From: Halieaceae bacterium
GTDB lineage: Bacteria; Pseudomonadota; Gammaproteobacteria; Pseudomonadales; Halieaceae
Direction of reading: 5' to 3'
Assembly (NCBI GenBank): GCA_902522335.1
Contig: CABYVD010000002.1
Span: 16,428 to 80,427 of the forward strand
DNA: 64,000 nucleotides
The notes below the pieces were generated by a model. The model was not told the origin of the DNA. It made no database searches and saw only the letters and a list, made by a program, of their open reading frames with translations. Of this stretch, positions 50,573 to 60,634 are shown piece after piece. Position numbers and translations under genes: made by a program. Within the stretch, counting starts at the first letter, position 1. Every line of letters starts with the position of its first letter.

Positions 50573-51878
50573 CGGCAAACACCCACAAAAGCAGGCCGCC
50601 GATAACCAGCGGTAAGGCGAAGCTCAGAAACAGGCTGTACATACCCCAGCCGGCAGAAATGAGGGCCGCCGCCAACAAGGGCGATGCGATGGCTCCAGTT
50701 CTTCCCAGCCCAGCAGCCCAGCCGACGCCGGCGGCACGCACATCGCTCGGATAGGCCCGCGTAGCCAATGCATAGAGACAGGTGAAGCCGCCATGTAAGA
50801 ACACACCGCCAATAAACATGAGCGTCGTGAGGCTACCGAGCGCAGTGGGCTCGGTTAAGCCGACGTAGGCTAATACGCCCCCAGCTGATACGAAAAACAT
50901 TGAAAGTAACGGCGCCAGCGGTAAGCGCGTGGTGAGAAACGCAAGCACCAAAATGCCGGGAATTGCGCCCAGATTGAATCCTGTCAGCGCCTCAATACCC
51001 TGCGCACGTGTATAGCCTGAGTCCACAAACAATATCGGTATCCACGACAGCATGAAGTACATGGTGAGAAAACCCATGAAATAAATGGCCCAGAGCACCA
51101 GTGTTCTAAGACGCCGCTCAGCTGTCAGAATCTGCACAACGGGCGTCGCGCTGGGCCTCGTGACGGTGGCACTCATGCCATTCACGGCCTCCCGGCTCAG
51201 GCGCGCTAACAAAGCGTTCACCGCTGCCTCGCGTTCCGGTTGGTTACCCGCGCGGCTTGCCAGAAACTCGGGGGACTCGGGTAAAAACGCCCAGGTCACG
51301 AGGCCAATCAATGAGGTCAGAATGCCGCCCGCCGTAAAAACCGCGGTCCAGCCATAATCAGGAATCAACGCATTGGCGATGGGGCCGGCTAACACCGCCC
51401 CGACGGGATAGCCCATAACCACCAGCGAAACGGCCAGACTCCGATAGCGACTCGGCATGAACTCGGAAGCAAGTGCAGGTGCACTGCCAAAAATCACGCC
51501 GATACCAAGACCCGAAATGAACCGAAGGATGGCAAAAATGGTGACGGAAGCCGTACTCGCGATCCAACTGACAGCAAGCATGCTTAGACTCACAAGGATC
51601 ATCGCAGCAACTAACAAAAGACGGCGGCCTAGCTGATCCGATAGCGGTGCCAAACCCGCCGCGCCAATGGCCATACCAACCAATGCTGCGCTAAATAACG
51701 GACCTAAAGCCGCCCGCTCAAGACCCCAGGAAGCCGCCACACTGGGCGCCGTTACTGACATGGCGACGACATCAATACCGTCAGCAAGATTCAGCATAAA
51801 CCCGAGCAGAACAACCAACCACATGAGTGGCACAACGGGCCCCTCGTCGATGCGTGCTCGCACCAAATCAGCACTCAT
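50562..51878 (-). CDS. MFS transporter, aromatic acid:H+ symporter (AAHS; PcaK/MhpT-like)
   Basis: ADGIDV..MS..AP, FSAALVGMAIGA, DQLGRR, SEFMPSRYR, LPESP, YPSDVRAAGVGWAAGLGR.GA; ATG 51878. Confidence 0.88.
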   Translation of the reverse strand: MSADLVRARIDEGPVVPLMWLVVLLGFMLNLADGIDVVAMSVTAPSVAASWGLERAALGPLFSAALVGMAIGAAGLAPLSDQLGRRLLLVAAMILVSLSMLAVSWIASTASVTIFAILRFISGLGIGVIFGSAPALASEFMPSRYRSLAVSLVVMGYPVGAVLAGPIANALIPDYGWTAVFTAGGILTSLIGLVTWAFLPESPEFLASRAGNQPEREAAVNALLARLSREAVNGMSATVTRPSATPVVQILTAERRLRTLVLWAIYFMGFLTMYFMLSWIPILFVDSGYTRAQGIEALTGFNLGAIPGILVLAFLTTRLPLAPLLSMFFVSAGGVLAYVGLTEPTALGSLTTLMFIGGVFLHGGFTCLYALATRAYPSDVRAAGVGWAAGLGRTGAIASPLLAAALISAGWGMYSLFLSFALPLVIGGLLLWVFAGER

Positions 51879-52029
51879 GGTCTTTCCTTTTGCTCTGCCT
51901 GCGGCTGCCGCTCGCACCCGAAAAATGGGGCTAATCAAACATCCTATCGATAAGCTCGATGATAAAACGAAAAAGCTGTGCCTGTCCGCCGGAAGTGCAC
52001 CGGCTCGGAGGCATTAATTCTCGTATGAA

Positions 52030-52569
52030 TTAGACTCGACGAGCGATTTTGACGGCTTGCTCCGACCCAAAACCCACAACCCAGCACCACGCCTTGAGCA
52101 GGCTCGATTGACCCTCCGCTTCACCGCCAGCCTCGTCGCGATGGTCAGCTTCATCGTCGCAGAACTGATGTATCGCAGCGGTTAGTGTCGTGTCTCCGTA
52201 CGCCTCCAGCGCCGCATACTGCGACTCGTAGTGTTTGACAACGAAGGTTTCAACCGCCTCTATCGAGGCATAGACCCAATTTCGTCCACCGAGCGCAGAG
52301 ACCGCACCCAAAATGAACCCAGACAGCCGCCAGAGGGGTAGCAACAGGCTTTTCTGACGGGACGTTAACCACTCCTCAAAGAAACCGAGATGGGTCTCCT
52401 CGGTCGCCAGATGATGCTCAGCGAAGGCGCGTATTTCAGCATCACGCGAAACGGCCAGCACACCTTTGTAAATCCAAACCGCGCCGGTCTCGCCTGCATG
52501 ATTCGAGCGCATCTCGCCCGCAAGGTGAGCAGGTAGGGTTGAGGCAGATTGTAAGGATGCTGTATTCAT
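52030..52569 (-). CDS. Coq7-like (demethoxyubiquinone hydroxylase family) di-iron protein
   Basis: HAGETGAVWIYKG, EETH, AVETFVVKHY..Q, DDEADHRDEA: ferritin-like E/ExxH ligands. Confidence 0.8.
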   Translation of the reverse strand: MNTASLQSASTLPAHLAGEMRSNHAGETGAVWIYKGVLAVSRDAEIRAFAEHHLATEETHLGFFEEWLTSRQKSLLLPLWRLSGFILGAVSALGGRNWVYASIEAVETFVVKHYESQYAALEAYGDTTLTAAIHQFCDDEADHRDEAGGEAEGQSSLLKAWCWVVGFGSEQAVKIARRV

Positions 52570-52612
52570 AGCTGACCGCCTTTTAAAAGCGGCTCAACTA
52601 TAGCGTATTAGC

Positions 52613-53728
52613 TTAAGAAGTCAGGGCTTCGGCGGGCGATATCGCATCCAAACTTAACGCTTCCCCGACACCGGCGTGCGTCAGCTTGCCCGCGTGCACG
52701 TTCAAGCCAAGCGCAAATCGCGCATCTCCTCGCAATGCATCCAGCCCTTGATCGGCCAAACGCAACACGTAGGGAAGCGTTGCATTAGTGAGTGCTAAGG
52801 TTGCCGTTCTCGCCACACCACCTGGCATATTTGCCACACAATAATGAACGACGCCATCCACCTCGTAGGTGGGATCTTGGTATGACGTTGCACGAGACGT
52901 CTCGAAGCAACCGCCCTGATCGATCGCTACGTCAACCATGACACTGCCCTTTTGAAGCTTTGAAACCAGATCGCGGCTCACTAACTTTGGTGCAGCGGCA
53001 CCGGGAATGAGCACAGCACCAATGATCAAATCCGCATCCATGACCTGCTCTTCAAGTGCCGCCGCACTCGACCAGACGGTCTCGATGCATGACATGAAGA
53101 TGTCATCGAGATAGCGAAGTCGATCGAGTGAACGATCGAGAACTACAACCCGTGCGCCCATACCCTGCGCGACACGCGCCGCATTGGTGCCTACAACACC
53201 TCCGCCGATGACCACAACTTTGGCAGGTGCAACGCCTGGCACCCCACCGAGTAGCACACCGCGGCCTCCACTGGATTTCTTAAGGAAGTCACCACCCGCC
53301 TGGGCCGCCAGGCGACCGGCGATCTCTGACATAGGCGCTAGGAGTGGCAAGCCGCCGTTCGTACCCTCTACCGTTTCATAAGCAATGCAGGTTGCTCCGC
53401 TCTCCATGAGCAAGTCGGTTTGCTGACGATCAGCGGCCAAATGAAGGTAAGTAAACAGCAATTGACCCGGGCGAAGTTGCCGACACTCGTCAGGCTGCGG
53501 TTCCTTCACCTTAACAATCAGGTCACACTCGGCAAAAATCGTGGTAGACGCGTCAGCAATGGTCGCTCCGGCGGCGACATAATCCTCGTTCGAGAAACCT
53601 GCGCCCTCACCGGCGTGTGTCTCAATCATGACCTCATGACCATCGTTGACCAGCTCAACAACACCTGCGGGAGGCAGACCCACACGGTACTCGTGGTTTT
53701 TGATTTCCTTTGGAACGCCAATACGCAT
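52613..53728 (-). CDS. ald: Alanine dehydrogenase
   Basis: MRIGVPKEIKNHEYRVG, VKVKEP, FTYLHLA, LPLLAPMSEIAGR, GGGVVG, DVAIDQGGCFETS, HYCVANMPG. Confidence 0.97.
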   Translation of the reverse strand: MRIGVPKEIKNHEYRVGLPPAGVVELVNDGHEVMIETHAGEGAGFSNEDYVAAGATIADASTTIFAECDLIVKVKEPQPDECRQLRPGQLLFTYLHLAADRQQTDLLMESGATCIAYETVEGTNGGLPLLAPMSEIAGRLAAQAGGDFLKKSSGGRGVLLGGVPGVAPAKVVVIGGGVVGTNAARVAQGMGARVVVLDRSLDRLRYLDDIFMSCIETVWSSAAALEEQVMDADLIIGAVLIPGAAAPKLVSRDLVSKLQKGSVMVDVAIDQGGCFETSRATSYQDPTYEVDGVVHYCVANMPGGVARTATLALTNATLPYVLRLADQGLDALRGDARFALGLNVHAGKLTHAGVGEALSLDAISPAEALTS

Positions 53729-53885
53729 AACGGTTGACCTTTTTACTCTATGAGGCCTCTAAAACGAGCAGGTGATATTCCGATATTAGGGCCGATTTGT
53801 GACTTTATTTGTTTTAAATTTGCGTATTTTTCAGTGGAATCCACTTTATAGTTGCGCTATTTTTCAATAAACCACTGCTCGAGAT

Positions 53886-54353
53886 TTGGTAATAGAAACC
53901 CTTTCAAAAACTGATAGAAAGATTCTGTGGTTGCTTCAAAAAGACGGCAGAATGAGTGTGGCTGAAATTGGTCGTCGCGTAGGACTCACCGCTTCACCCT
54001 GTGCCGATCGTATTAAGCGCCTGGAAAGTCAGGGTGTGATTACGGGCTACTACGCGCGCTTGTCCCCCACCAAATTGGATGCCGGTTTAGTTGTTTTCGT
54101 TCAAGTGACATTGCAACGGACGGCAGGCGATGCCTTTAAAACGTTTACCGACGCGGTCGAACTCATCCCCGAGGTTGAAGAGTGCCACCTTGTCTCTGGT
54201 GAGTTCGACTTCTTGGTTAAAGCGCGAGTAAAGAATATGACCCACTACAAGGACCTTCTGGCCGGCTCGCTGCTCCAACTACCCAATGTGCAAGAGTCTA
54301 AGAGCTACCCTGTGATGGAATCTGTTGTGCAGCGGTCGGGAATTAGGCTGTAG
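53886..54353 (+). CDS. Lrp/AsnC family regulator, divergent from ald
   Basis: DRKIL..LQKDGR.S...I...VGLT.SPC..R.KRLE..GVI.GY; ECHLVSGEFDFLVKARV, close to Lrp. Confidence 0.92.
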   Translation: MVIETLSKTDRKILWLLQKDGRMSVAEIGRRVGLTASPCADRIKRLESQGVITGYYARLSPTKLDAGLVVFVQVTLQRTAGDAFKTFTDAVELIPEVEECHLVSGEFDFLVKARVKNMTHYKDLLAGSLLQLPNVQESKSYPVMESVVQRSGIRL

Positions 54354-54539
54354 TCATTTAATTAGGCAAGGATTCACATTGCTCCTGGCGTTTTTAACGC
54401 ATCATGTGACCTGAGATTTGCAGCGGTTTTACTGGGCACATGATTGGGCACCCACGCCTATATCGTTAAGACGCGTTCTATTTGCATGGTCAAATCGAAA
54501 ATACTGTCATAAGCTGTGACACAAAAATTGGTAGTGTAT

Positions 54540-55622
54540 ATGAAAATCTTAAGAACCCCAGATAGCTGCTTCGAGGACTTGACGGACTATCCGTTCGAGC
54601 CTCACTACACGACTATAAAGACGCATGACGGTCAGGATTTGAGAATCCATCACATCGATGAAGGCCCAAGAGACGGTGCCCTAGTGCTGTGCATACACGG
54701 CCAGCCCGTATGGAGTTATCTCTACCGAAAAATGATTCCTTATCTCACGGTCGCCGGTCTGCGCGTCATCTGCCCTGACCTTGTGGGCTATGGGAAGAGC
54801 GATAAGCCTGCGGCCCGTGAAGACTATACCTACGAGCGCCAAGTCGAATGGATGGGCGCTTGGTTAGAGCAAAATAACTTTTCAGGGATCACGTTCTTTG
54901 GTCAGGACTGGGGTGGACTCATTGGACTTCGTCTGGTTGCCGCCTACTCAGAGCGCTTTGCTAACGTGGTAATTGGCAATACGGGCCTGCCTTATAATCC
55001 AGACGTTCCGCAAGCATTGGTTGACGAAGTTGAGGACTATCGTGCTAATGCGCCGACACCGACGCTATTCAGCATGACCAAGGAGCTGCGATCGCTATCA
55101 TGGGGCGGCGAGGCCGCAAACCCCGCGCGCATCTTCGCCGTCTGGCAAAAGTTCTGTTGGGAAACCGCATACCTACCGATTGGGCTTATGCTATCAATGA
55201 TGACCGAGCAGCAACCGGCGTTCATGAAGATCGCCAAGGCGCTACTGCACAAATTGGGCATGCGAGCGCCGCTACCCTCGTCCGTTGCCAAAGCTTATGA
55301 CGCGCCTTTTCCGAACGCCGAGTACACGATGGGGCCGCGCGCAATGCCCAGTCAGGTACCGTCGTTACCAACATCACCGTCACTCGAGCAGCAACGACTG
55401 GCTTGGGAATTTTTCGACACCTTTGATAAGCCTTTTGTTTGCGCGTTTGCCGACGATGACCCTGTCACCAAAGGTGGCGACGCCATCTTCTTACAGCGGG
55501 TTCCAGGTACCAAAGGTCAGCCGCATACCACTATCAAAGGTGCTGGGCACTTCTTACAGGAAACGCGTCCAAAAGAGGTGTCTCAGGTCATTATTGACGT
55601 CGTAGCGCGGTCAGCTTCCTAG
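54540..55622 (+). CDS. Haloalkane dehalogenase (HLD-I / DhlA-like)
   Basis: MKILRTPD..F..L..YPF.PHY, HGQPVWSYLYRKM, PDLVGYGKSDKP, QDWGG (Asp nucleophile + Trp), AYDAPFP, DDPV, AGHFLQE. Confidence 0.88.
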   Translation: MKILRTPDSCFEDLTDYPFEPHYTTIKTHDGQDLRIHHIDEGPRDGALVLCIHGQPVWSYLYRKMIPYLTVAGLRVICPDLVGYGKSDKPAAREDYTYERQVEWMGAWLEQNNFSGITFFGQDWGGLIGLRLVAAYSERFANVVIGNTGLPYNPDVPQALVDEVEDYRANAPTPTLFSMTKELRSLSWGGEAANPARIFAVWQKFCWETAYLPIGLMLSMMTEQQPAFMKIAKALLHKLGMRAPLPSSVAKAYDAPFPNAEYTMGPRAMPSQVPSLPTSPSLEQQRLAWEFFDTFDKPFVCAFADDDPVTKGGDAIFLQRVPGTKGQPHTTIKGAGHFLQETRPKEVSQVIIDVVARSAS

Positions 55623-55707
55623 AGCGATCCACTGTCGGACTGGTGCTTGAGCTGAAGATTCTGCGCGCCCGACCCTCGAGGTGAGCGCGCCTAACCACCT
55701 AATCGCT

Positions 55708-56925
55708 TTAGCCCTCGTTGATCTCCCGAACAGTCATCTTGCCGAGCTGTGACATGTGCACCTCATCGGGACCATCGGCAATTCGGCAGAATCTCGCCAG
55801 CATGAAAACTTCAGGAATCATCGTATCCTGACAGACACCCATACCACCAAAGACCTGCATGGCGCGATCAGCCACCTGTTGCGCCATTTGTGGCGCCACG
55901 ATCTTAACCATGCTGATGAGTGGTCGTGCGGCCGTCATACCCTGCGTGTCCATCACATGCGCCGCATGGAGGGTCAGCAGGCGCGCTTGCTCGATATCGC
56001 AGCGGCAGCGGGCAATCTCATGCTGCACGCTCGTTTTCTTGATCAATGGCTCACCAAAGGCCACGCGCTCCTCAACACGGGAGCACATGAGCTCAAGACA
56101 GCGCTGTGCCATACCCACGAAGCCCATCGCATACTGAAACCGACCCGGGCCCAAACGACCTTGCGCGATTTCAAAGCCACAGCCCTCACCCTTAATCATA
56201 TTGGTCACTGGCACACGCACGTCCTCAAACAGTAGCTCTGCCTCGCCGGCAGGCGAGTGAAGTGAGTCAAAGACGCGTAGCTCGCGAACCAACTTAATCC
56301 CGGGAGTGTCTCGGGGAACCAAAATCGTTGAGTGCTGACGATGCCGTGGGTTCTCCGGATTTGACTTACCCATGACCAGCATGACTTTACAACGCGGATT
56401 GACGGCACCTGTGGTCCACCACTTGCGCCCGTTAAGCACGTACTCGTCGCCGTCACGCTTTATTTCCAACTCCATATTCGTCGCGTCGCTCGAGGCAACC
56501 TGTGGCTCCGTCATAGCGTAGGCACTTCGAATTTCACCAGCCAATAAGGGCTCGAGCCATTCTTTTTGCTGTGCCTCAGTACCGTATTTAGCCAGTACTT
56601 CCATGTTGCCCCGGTCAGGGGCATTACAATTGAAGACAGACTGTGCCCATGACACCTTGCTCATGGTTTCAAACAACGGCGCAATTTCGACATTGGTGAG
56701 ACCGGGACTCCACGGCTGGTACTCATGGGGAAGGAACAGGTTCCATAAACCCTCTGCCTTTGCCAACGCGCGCAACTCGTCGTACCAAGGTGGCGTGGTC
56801 CACAGCTTATCTTGATCTAGACACCACTCGTGCCAATCGTGTTCTCGGGGGTATATGTGCTTATCCATAAATGACTGTAACTGCACTTTGAGCCCCATCA
56901 CCCGATCATTTAATTCAAAACCCAT
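55708..56925 (-). CDS. Acyl-CoA dehydrogenase (ACAD10/11-like)
   Basis: GLWNLFLP, FNCNAPD.GNMEVL, AMTEPQVASSDATN, NGRKWW, AQGRLGPGR, RIADGPDEVH. Confidence 0.93.
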   Translation of the reverse strand: MGFELNDRVMGLKVQLQSFMDKHIYPREHDWHEWCLDQDKLWTTPPWYDELRALAKAEGLWNLFLPHEYQPWSPGLTNVEIAPLFETMSKVSWAQSVFNCNAPDRGNMEVLAKYGTEAQQKEWLEPLLAGEIRSAYAMTEPQVASSDATNMELEIKRDGDEYVLNGRKWWTTGAVNPRCKVMLVMGKSNPENPRHRQHSTILVPRDTPGIKLVRELRVFDSLHSPAGEAELLFEDVRVPVTNMIKGEGCGFEIAQGRLGPGRFQYAMGFVGMAQRCLELMCSRVEERVAFGEPLIKKTSVQHEIARCRCDIEQARLLTLHAAHVMDTQGMTAARPLISMVKIVAPQMAQQVADRAMQVFGGMGVCQDTMIPEVFMLARFCRIADGPDEVHMSQLGKMTVREINEG

Positions 56926-57006
56926 GAGCCTCTTTCCTCTTCAAAAATACGGGAACATCGCTTGAACAGCGCGTCCCGGGGTGTCAGTAATCACTCTTAC
57001 CAAATG

Positions 57007-58059
57007 TCACGATGCGAATAGCATCGCTTCAATACCGGTCCCCTCAAGTACCGCATCAACCAACGCGCGATCAGACTCCGATAGCGCCTGATACTGCTCG
57101 TTGGTCCACCGGAGGCACTTGGCCTGGTAAGGGAAGGTTTGCTGCACCCAAGGCGCACCATCAATTTCGCATTCCCAGGTCTTTTCGCCCTGCTCAACGG
57201 CCTTTGCATTGGCCAATTGTGCGGGCGCATAAACGCGACCAATTTCAGACAGAAGTTCGCGCAAGCTCTCTGGTTGCTCTTCAAGATCAGTCCAGTCCTG
57301 TCGTGTAGGCTCCAGCCCACTCTGATCTTCAATTTGATCAACCCAGGCCACTGTTCGCGGCGATACCTCATGCGCTATTGCACGGGAGGTTGGATCGAAC
57401 CCAACTAGCTGCGTTAGCTGCCCATGCAACCCAAAATCACCAGCACCGGGGCGATTGCCGAGCATGAACTTTTGGTTCGACAGGTGGGATTCCATCGCCG
57501 CAAGAAAACGTCGATAGCTCGCATCAATCACGGGCGCAGTGGTGTCATTTGAGCCAACAACATAAAGACGCCCTATCTGACGCTCCGAAATATGCTGCTT
57601 GAATTGCTGAAAAAACTCAGTGGGCATACTGACATCCATGCCCAGCGGCAGGAGTGTCCCAGCATTATCCGCATCGTCACTAAAGTGCCAGCGGTAATGG
57701 AACATGTATTTGGTACACCACTCGTCAGCGAAATCCTCAATCAGGTAATCGATGAAGGCGAGCGCCGGATCCTCTGGCAACACCGATCGACCCGAATACA
57801 TGGCTTCAAGCCTTCGAATAATCGGGGTCGAGTCGCACTCGGCAGCCATTCCATCATCGCTTTCGAAAAAAAACGTCGGCATAAAGATGGGACGTGGCTT
57901 TTCGACACTCATTGCATCGCAAGCTGTCTCCGGTTGCCCCCAGTGAATACTGTAAGGAATGCGGCGGTAGCGAAGCAGCGCTACCATCTTCTGCGTGTAG
58001 GGTGACCCTGTGCCACCCACCAATTTGAGTGGTGCCTCTGACCTCATATGCATCCTCAT
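57007..58059 (-). CDS. Large glutathione S-transferase family protein
   Basis: GSPYTQKM..LLRY, DSTPII, IEDFADEW.TK.MFHYRW, LG.RP..GDFGL.GQL, FPYQAKCL. Confidence 0.82.
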   Translation of the reverse strand: MRMHMRSEAPLKLVGGTGSPYTQKMVALLRYRRIPYSIHWGQPETACDAMSVEKPRPIFMPTFFFESDDGMAAECDSTPIIRRLEAMYSGRSVLPEDPALAFIDYLIEDFADEWCTKYMFHYRWHFSDDADNAGTLLPLGMDVSMPTEFFQQFKQHISERQIGRLYVVGSNDTTAPVIDASYRRFLAAMESHLSNQKFMLGNRPGAGDFGLHGQLTQLVGFDPTSRAIAHEVSPRTVAWVDQIEDQSGLEPTRQDWTDLEEQPESLRELLSEIGRVYAPAQLANAKAVEQGEKTWECEIDGAPWVQQTFPYQAKCLRWTNEQYQALSESDRALVDAVLEGTGIEAMLFAS

Positions 58060-58098
58060 TTTTATTCGCGTTAATGCTTTAACTTACGACAGAAATAG

Positions 58099-58115
58099 TG
58101 ACACAATTAATGTCA
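58099..58115. promoter_or_regulatory. Palindromic operator candidate TGACA-N7-TGTCA
   Basis: atagTGACAcaattaaTGTCAatat in the divergent GST / DUF1330-like intergenic region. Related copies at 62488-62504 and 63266-63282. Confidence 0.55.
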
Positions 58116-58270
58116 ATATGTAAGCCTTTGCATGGAGTATTCGCCGTTCGCCGTAGAGTGGTAAGAGGCATCGGTAAAAAAGCAATGTCTTCAGCACTTA
58201 GAAACAAAAAGCTGTAGTGTTGACGACCTAAAACAAATTCTAAGAAACCTAATCAACGTGGAAATTCATC

Positions 58271-58900
58271 ATGTCTGCTCGAATGAAGATTTGGCTCCTA
58301 CCTGCCCTCCTCTACGGTGCTTTTCTTTTCTGGTACACGCCTACAGGTGGCCCTCTATCTGACGTCGAAGTTGACAACTTCATCGCAAAAATGGAGCAAA
58401 ACGGTGGCGCGTCAGAGGCCATGGCGATGATCAGGCAATTTGGTGAAGAGGATACCGGCAAGCACTTCATCATGATCAACAACATCGATTACAACGAGTC
58501 GCCCGGGGACGCAGCTGGGGCAGCGCCCGGGGAAAATGCACAACAACTTATGGACCGTTACATGGGACATATGATCCCGGCCATGCTCTCGCGAGGGTCA
58601 CATCCGGTCATGTTGGGGCCAGCCGCCTACCGCAGCATGGATGTCATTGGTGTAGAGGGTGTCGATGTATGGGATATGGGCGGGTTAGTGCGCTACCGAA
58701 GTCGACGTGATTTCCTCGAGATTGTGACCGACCCTGCGTTCAGCGGTAAACACCACTTCAAAGCAGCGGCACTCGAGAAAACCATCGCCTTCCCTGTCGA
58801 GCCCGACTTCAATTTGGGAGATCCACGGCTACTGCTTGGACTATTGATCCTCTCCTTATCGGCCCTCGCTGATGCACGGCACTCATCACAACGAGGATAA
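58271..58900 (+). CDS. Membrane-anchored DUF1330-like (dimeric alpha/beta barrel) protein
   Basis: N- and C-terminal hydrophobic helices. The core FIMINN...WD...LVRYRSRRDFL...H..K.AAL resembles the DUF1330 gene at 60155. Confidence 0.65.
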   Translation: MSARMKIWLLPALLYGAFLFWYTPTGGPLSDVEVDNFIAKMEQNGGASEAMAMIRQFGEEDTGKHFIMINNIDYNESPGDAAGAAPGENAQQLMDRYMGHMIPAMLSRGSHPVMLGPAAYRSMDVIGVEGVDVWDMGGLVRYRSRRDFLEIVTDPAFSGKHHFKAAALEKTIAFPVEPDFNLGDPRLLLGLLILSLSALADARHSSQRG

Positions 58901-58973
58901 GACAGGTAACCGCACTCCCCACTCAGAGGAGTTCCTACCACCCCTTGGCGTCTCAACGCAGCGAATTTGAGGA

Positions 58974-60101
58974 TTAAGCCCAGACCTCGAGGTTATCTGC
59001 ACGCTCGATGCGTCGGCTCAAAGATGCCTTAAGGATGGCGGCCATACCCGACTCGGTAAGTACCGCATCGACACCAAGCCTCTCTGCCGCAGACAGACTC
59101 GCGTAATCGTCCTGAACCCGTTGCAGGAGGTAAAAACGATGCGGTTGAGTTAAGGCTTCGATGGTCTCGCCCCGTAAAACGAAGCTCGCCGTCCCCGGTG
59201 CTTTGGCAAGCCGCCCTACTGCCGGCGCACCGGTTTCTGGCTTGTTTTCAGCTAACCAACAATTAATTACATCAGCCGCACCAAGGGTTTCAGGCACAAA
59301 ATCTTCGGCCAAGATTCGCAAGACAGCCATCAACGACTCAGGCACCTCATCATCTTCAACAAAGTCGGTACCTGCATTGAAAAACTCCGGTATATCCTGA
59401 TCGTAGCGGTTCATCCGCTCCACCCATCGGTGCACCGACACCGCGCGCTGCTGCATGAGCTTTGCAGGGTGGGGATCTCGTCCCAGATGCGCATACATCG
59501 GCGCAATGAGGCCAAAGTCGCCAATACTGGGGCGCCATCCAAGTAAGTACGGATACTGCTCGAAATGCGTATTCAAAGCCTCCAGATAGTCGAGGTAGAG
59601 TGACTCGACCACGGCCTGAGTTTGCGCAGTGACACCAAATATCATCGCGGCATAACGCATACGATTCATCATGGCCTCGGTCTTCTCGCGTCGCTCGGGT
59701 GTATCTCGCTGCGAATAAAGAAAGTGGTAACGAACGAAAGCCAAATTGTCCTCGGGAAAATTCCATCGATAGTGCATGGCTGGACGCAACAACCCATCCG
59801 TACCAATGACGTCAAAAAGTGCACTGATGATTCGCTGCTTCGGACCTGTCGGACGACTCGGTCGACCATTTGCCGCCTCAAAGTGTTCAATGATGGCGGC
59901 GCCATCACGAATGACCTCGCCCTCGGGCGTCACGAGTGTCGGAATAGTAGGTAATTTCCCTTTAGGTAAGACGTCTGCCTTGAAGCTCTCGTGACCTGTT
60001 GAGAGCTCCTGAAAGGGGATTTGATGTTTGATGAGGTAACTGCGCGCACGACCCGAATATAGGGAGTGTGTCATCGCATACAAAATATAGGGTTTGGCCA
60101 T
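58974..60101 (-). CDS. Large glutathione S-transferase family protein (paralog 2)
   Basis: SLYSGRARSYL, IPTL...DGAAII, LRPAMHYRW, YLLG.RPSIGDFGL.APMYAHLGRDP, WVERMN. Confidence 0.82.
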   Translation of the reverse strand: MAKPYILYAMTHSLYSGRARSYLIKHQIPFQELSTGHESFKADVLPKGKLPTIPTLVTPEGEVIRDGAAIIEHFEAANGRPSRPTGPKQRIISALFDVIGTDGLLRPAMHYRWNFPEDNLAFVRYHFLYSQRDTPERREKTEAMMNRMRYAAMIFGVTAQTQAVVESLYLDYLEALNTHFEQYPYLLGWRPSIGDFGLIAPMYAHLGRDPHPAKLMQQRAVSVHRWVERMNRYDQDIPEFFNAGTDFVEDDEVPESLMAVLRILAEDFVPETLGAADVINCWLAENKPETGAPAVGRLAKAPGTASFVLRGETIEALTQPHRFYLLQRVQDDYASLSAAERLGVDAVLTESGMAAILKASLSRRIERADNLEVWA

Positions 60102-60154
60102 TTATGCCCTAACCATCTTACTGTGGTTGGTTTGAGTAAGCGTTTGTTTTTAGA

Positions 60155-60571
60155 TCAGAAGATCACGGCATTCGCAGTTTCAATATTCAGCTGGCCCGCC
60201 AAGCCCGCCGACCGGTGCACCGAGATCTCTTGATACTCCGGCAGCTGCATCATCTCCAACATGGCGGCCCGCGATGGGTACTGAGCGATAGCTACCGAAT
60301 CCCAGAGTTCCTCAACCTCACCCAACATTAGACGGCTGACCTCACCAGAAAAGACCAGCTTGCCACCGACTTTAGCAAGAGTCTTCATCACGCCTCTCGA
60401 ATAAATAGCGTAGGCCTCTGCGCCCGTCAGCTCAGTCTCACGGCCGTCCTCGTAGCTCGCCTTGTCCTTAAACTTCAACAGATTGACCATGCTTATGGGG
60501 CCATCAGGGCCAGGGGCCAGAAACCCCGCCATCTGCTCCTGTGTTGGAATTACACTGTTCTCTACTTTCAT
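60155..60571 (-). CDS. DUF1330 domain protein
   Basis: GPISMVNLLKFK..A.Y, GAEAY..Y, WD.VAIAQYPSR.A..EM...PEYQ....HR.AGL. Confidence 0.85.
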   Translation of the reverse strand: MKVENSVIPTQEQMAGFLAPGPDGPISMVNLLKFKDKASYEDGRETELTGAEAYAIYSRGVMKTLAKVGGKLVFSGEVSRLMLGEVEELWDSVAIAQYPSRAAMLEMMQLPEYQEISVHRSAGLAGQLNIETANAVIF

Positions 60572-60634
60572 CCTGTTTGTACCTGTTGATGCGTCATTTT
60601 CAACTTTAAAAATAAATCCATCGGTCGGCCGATA

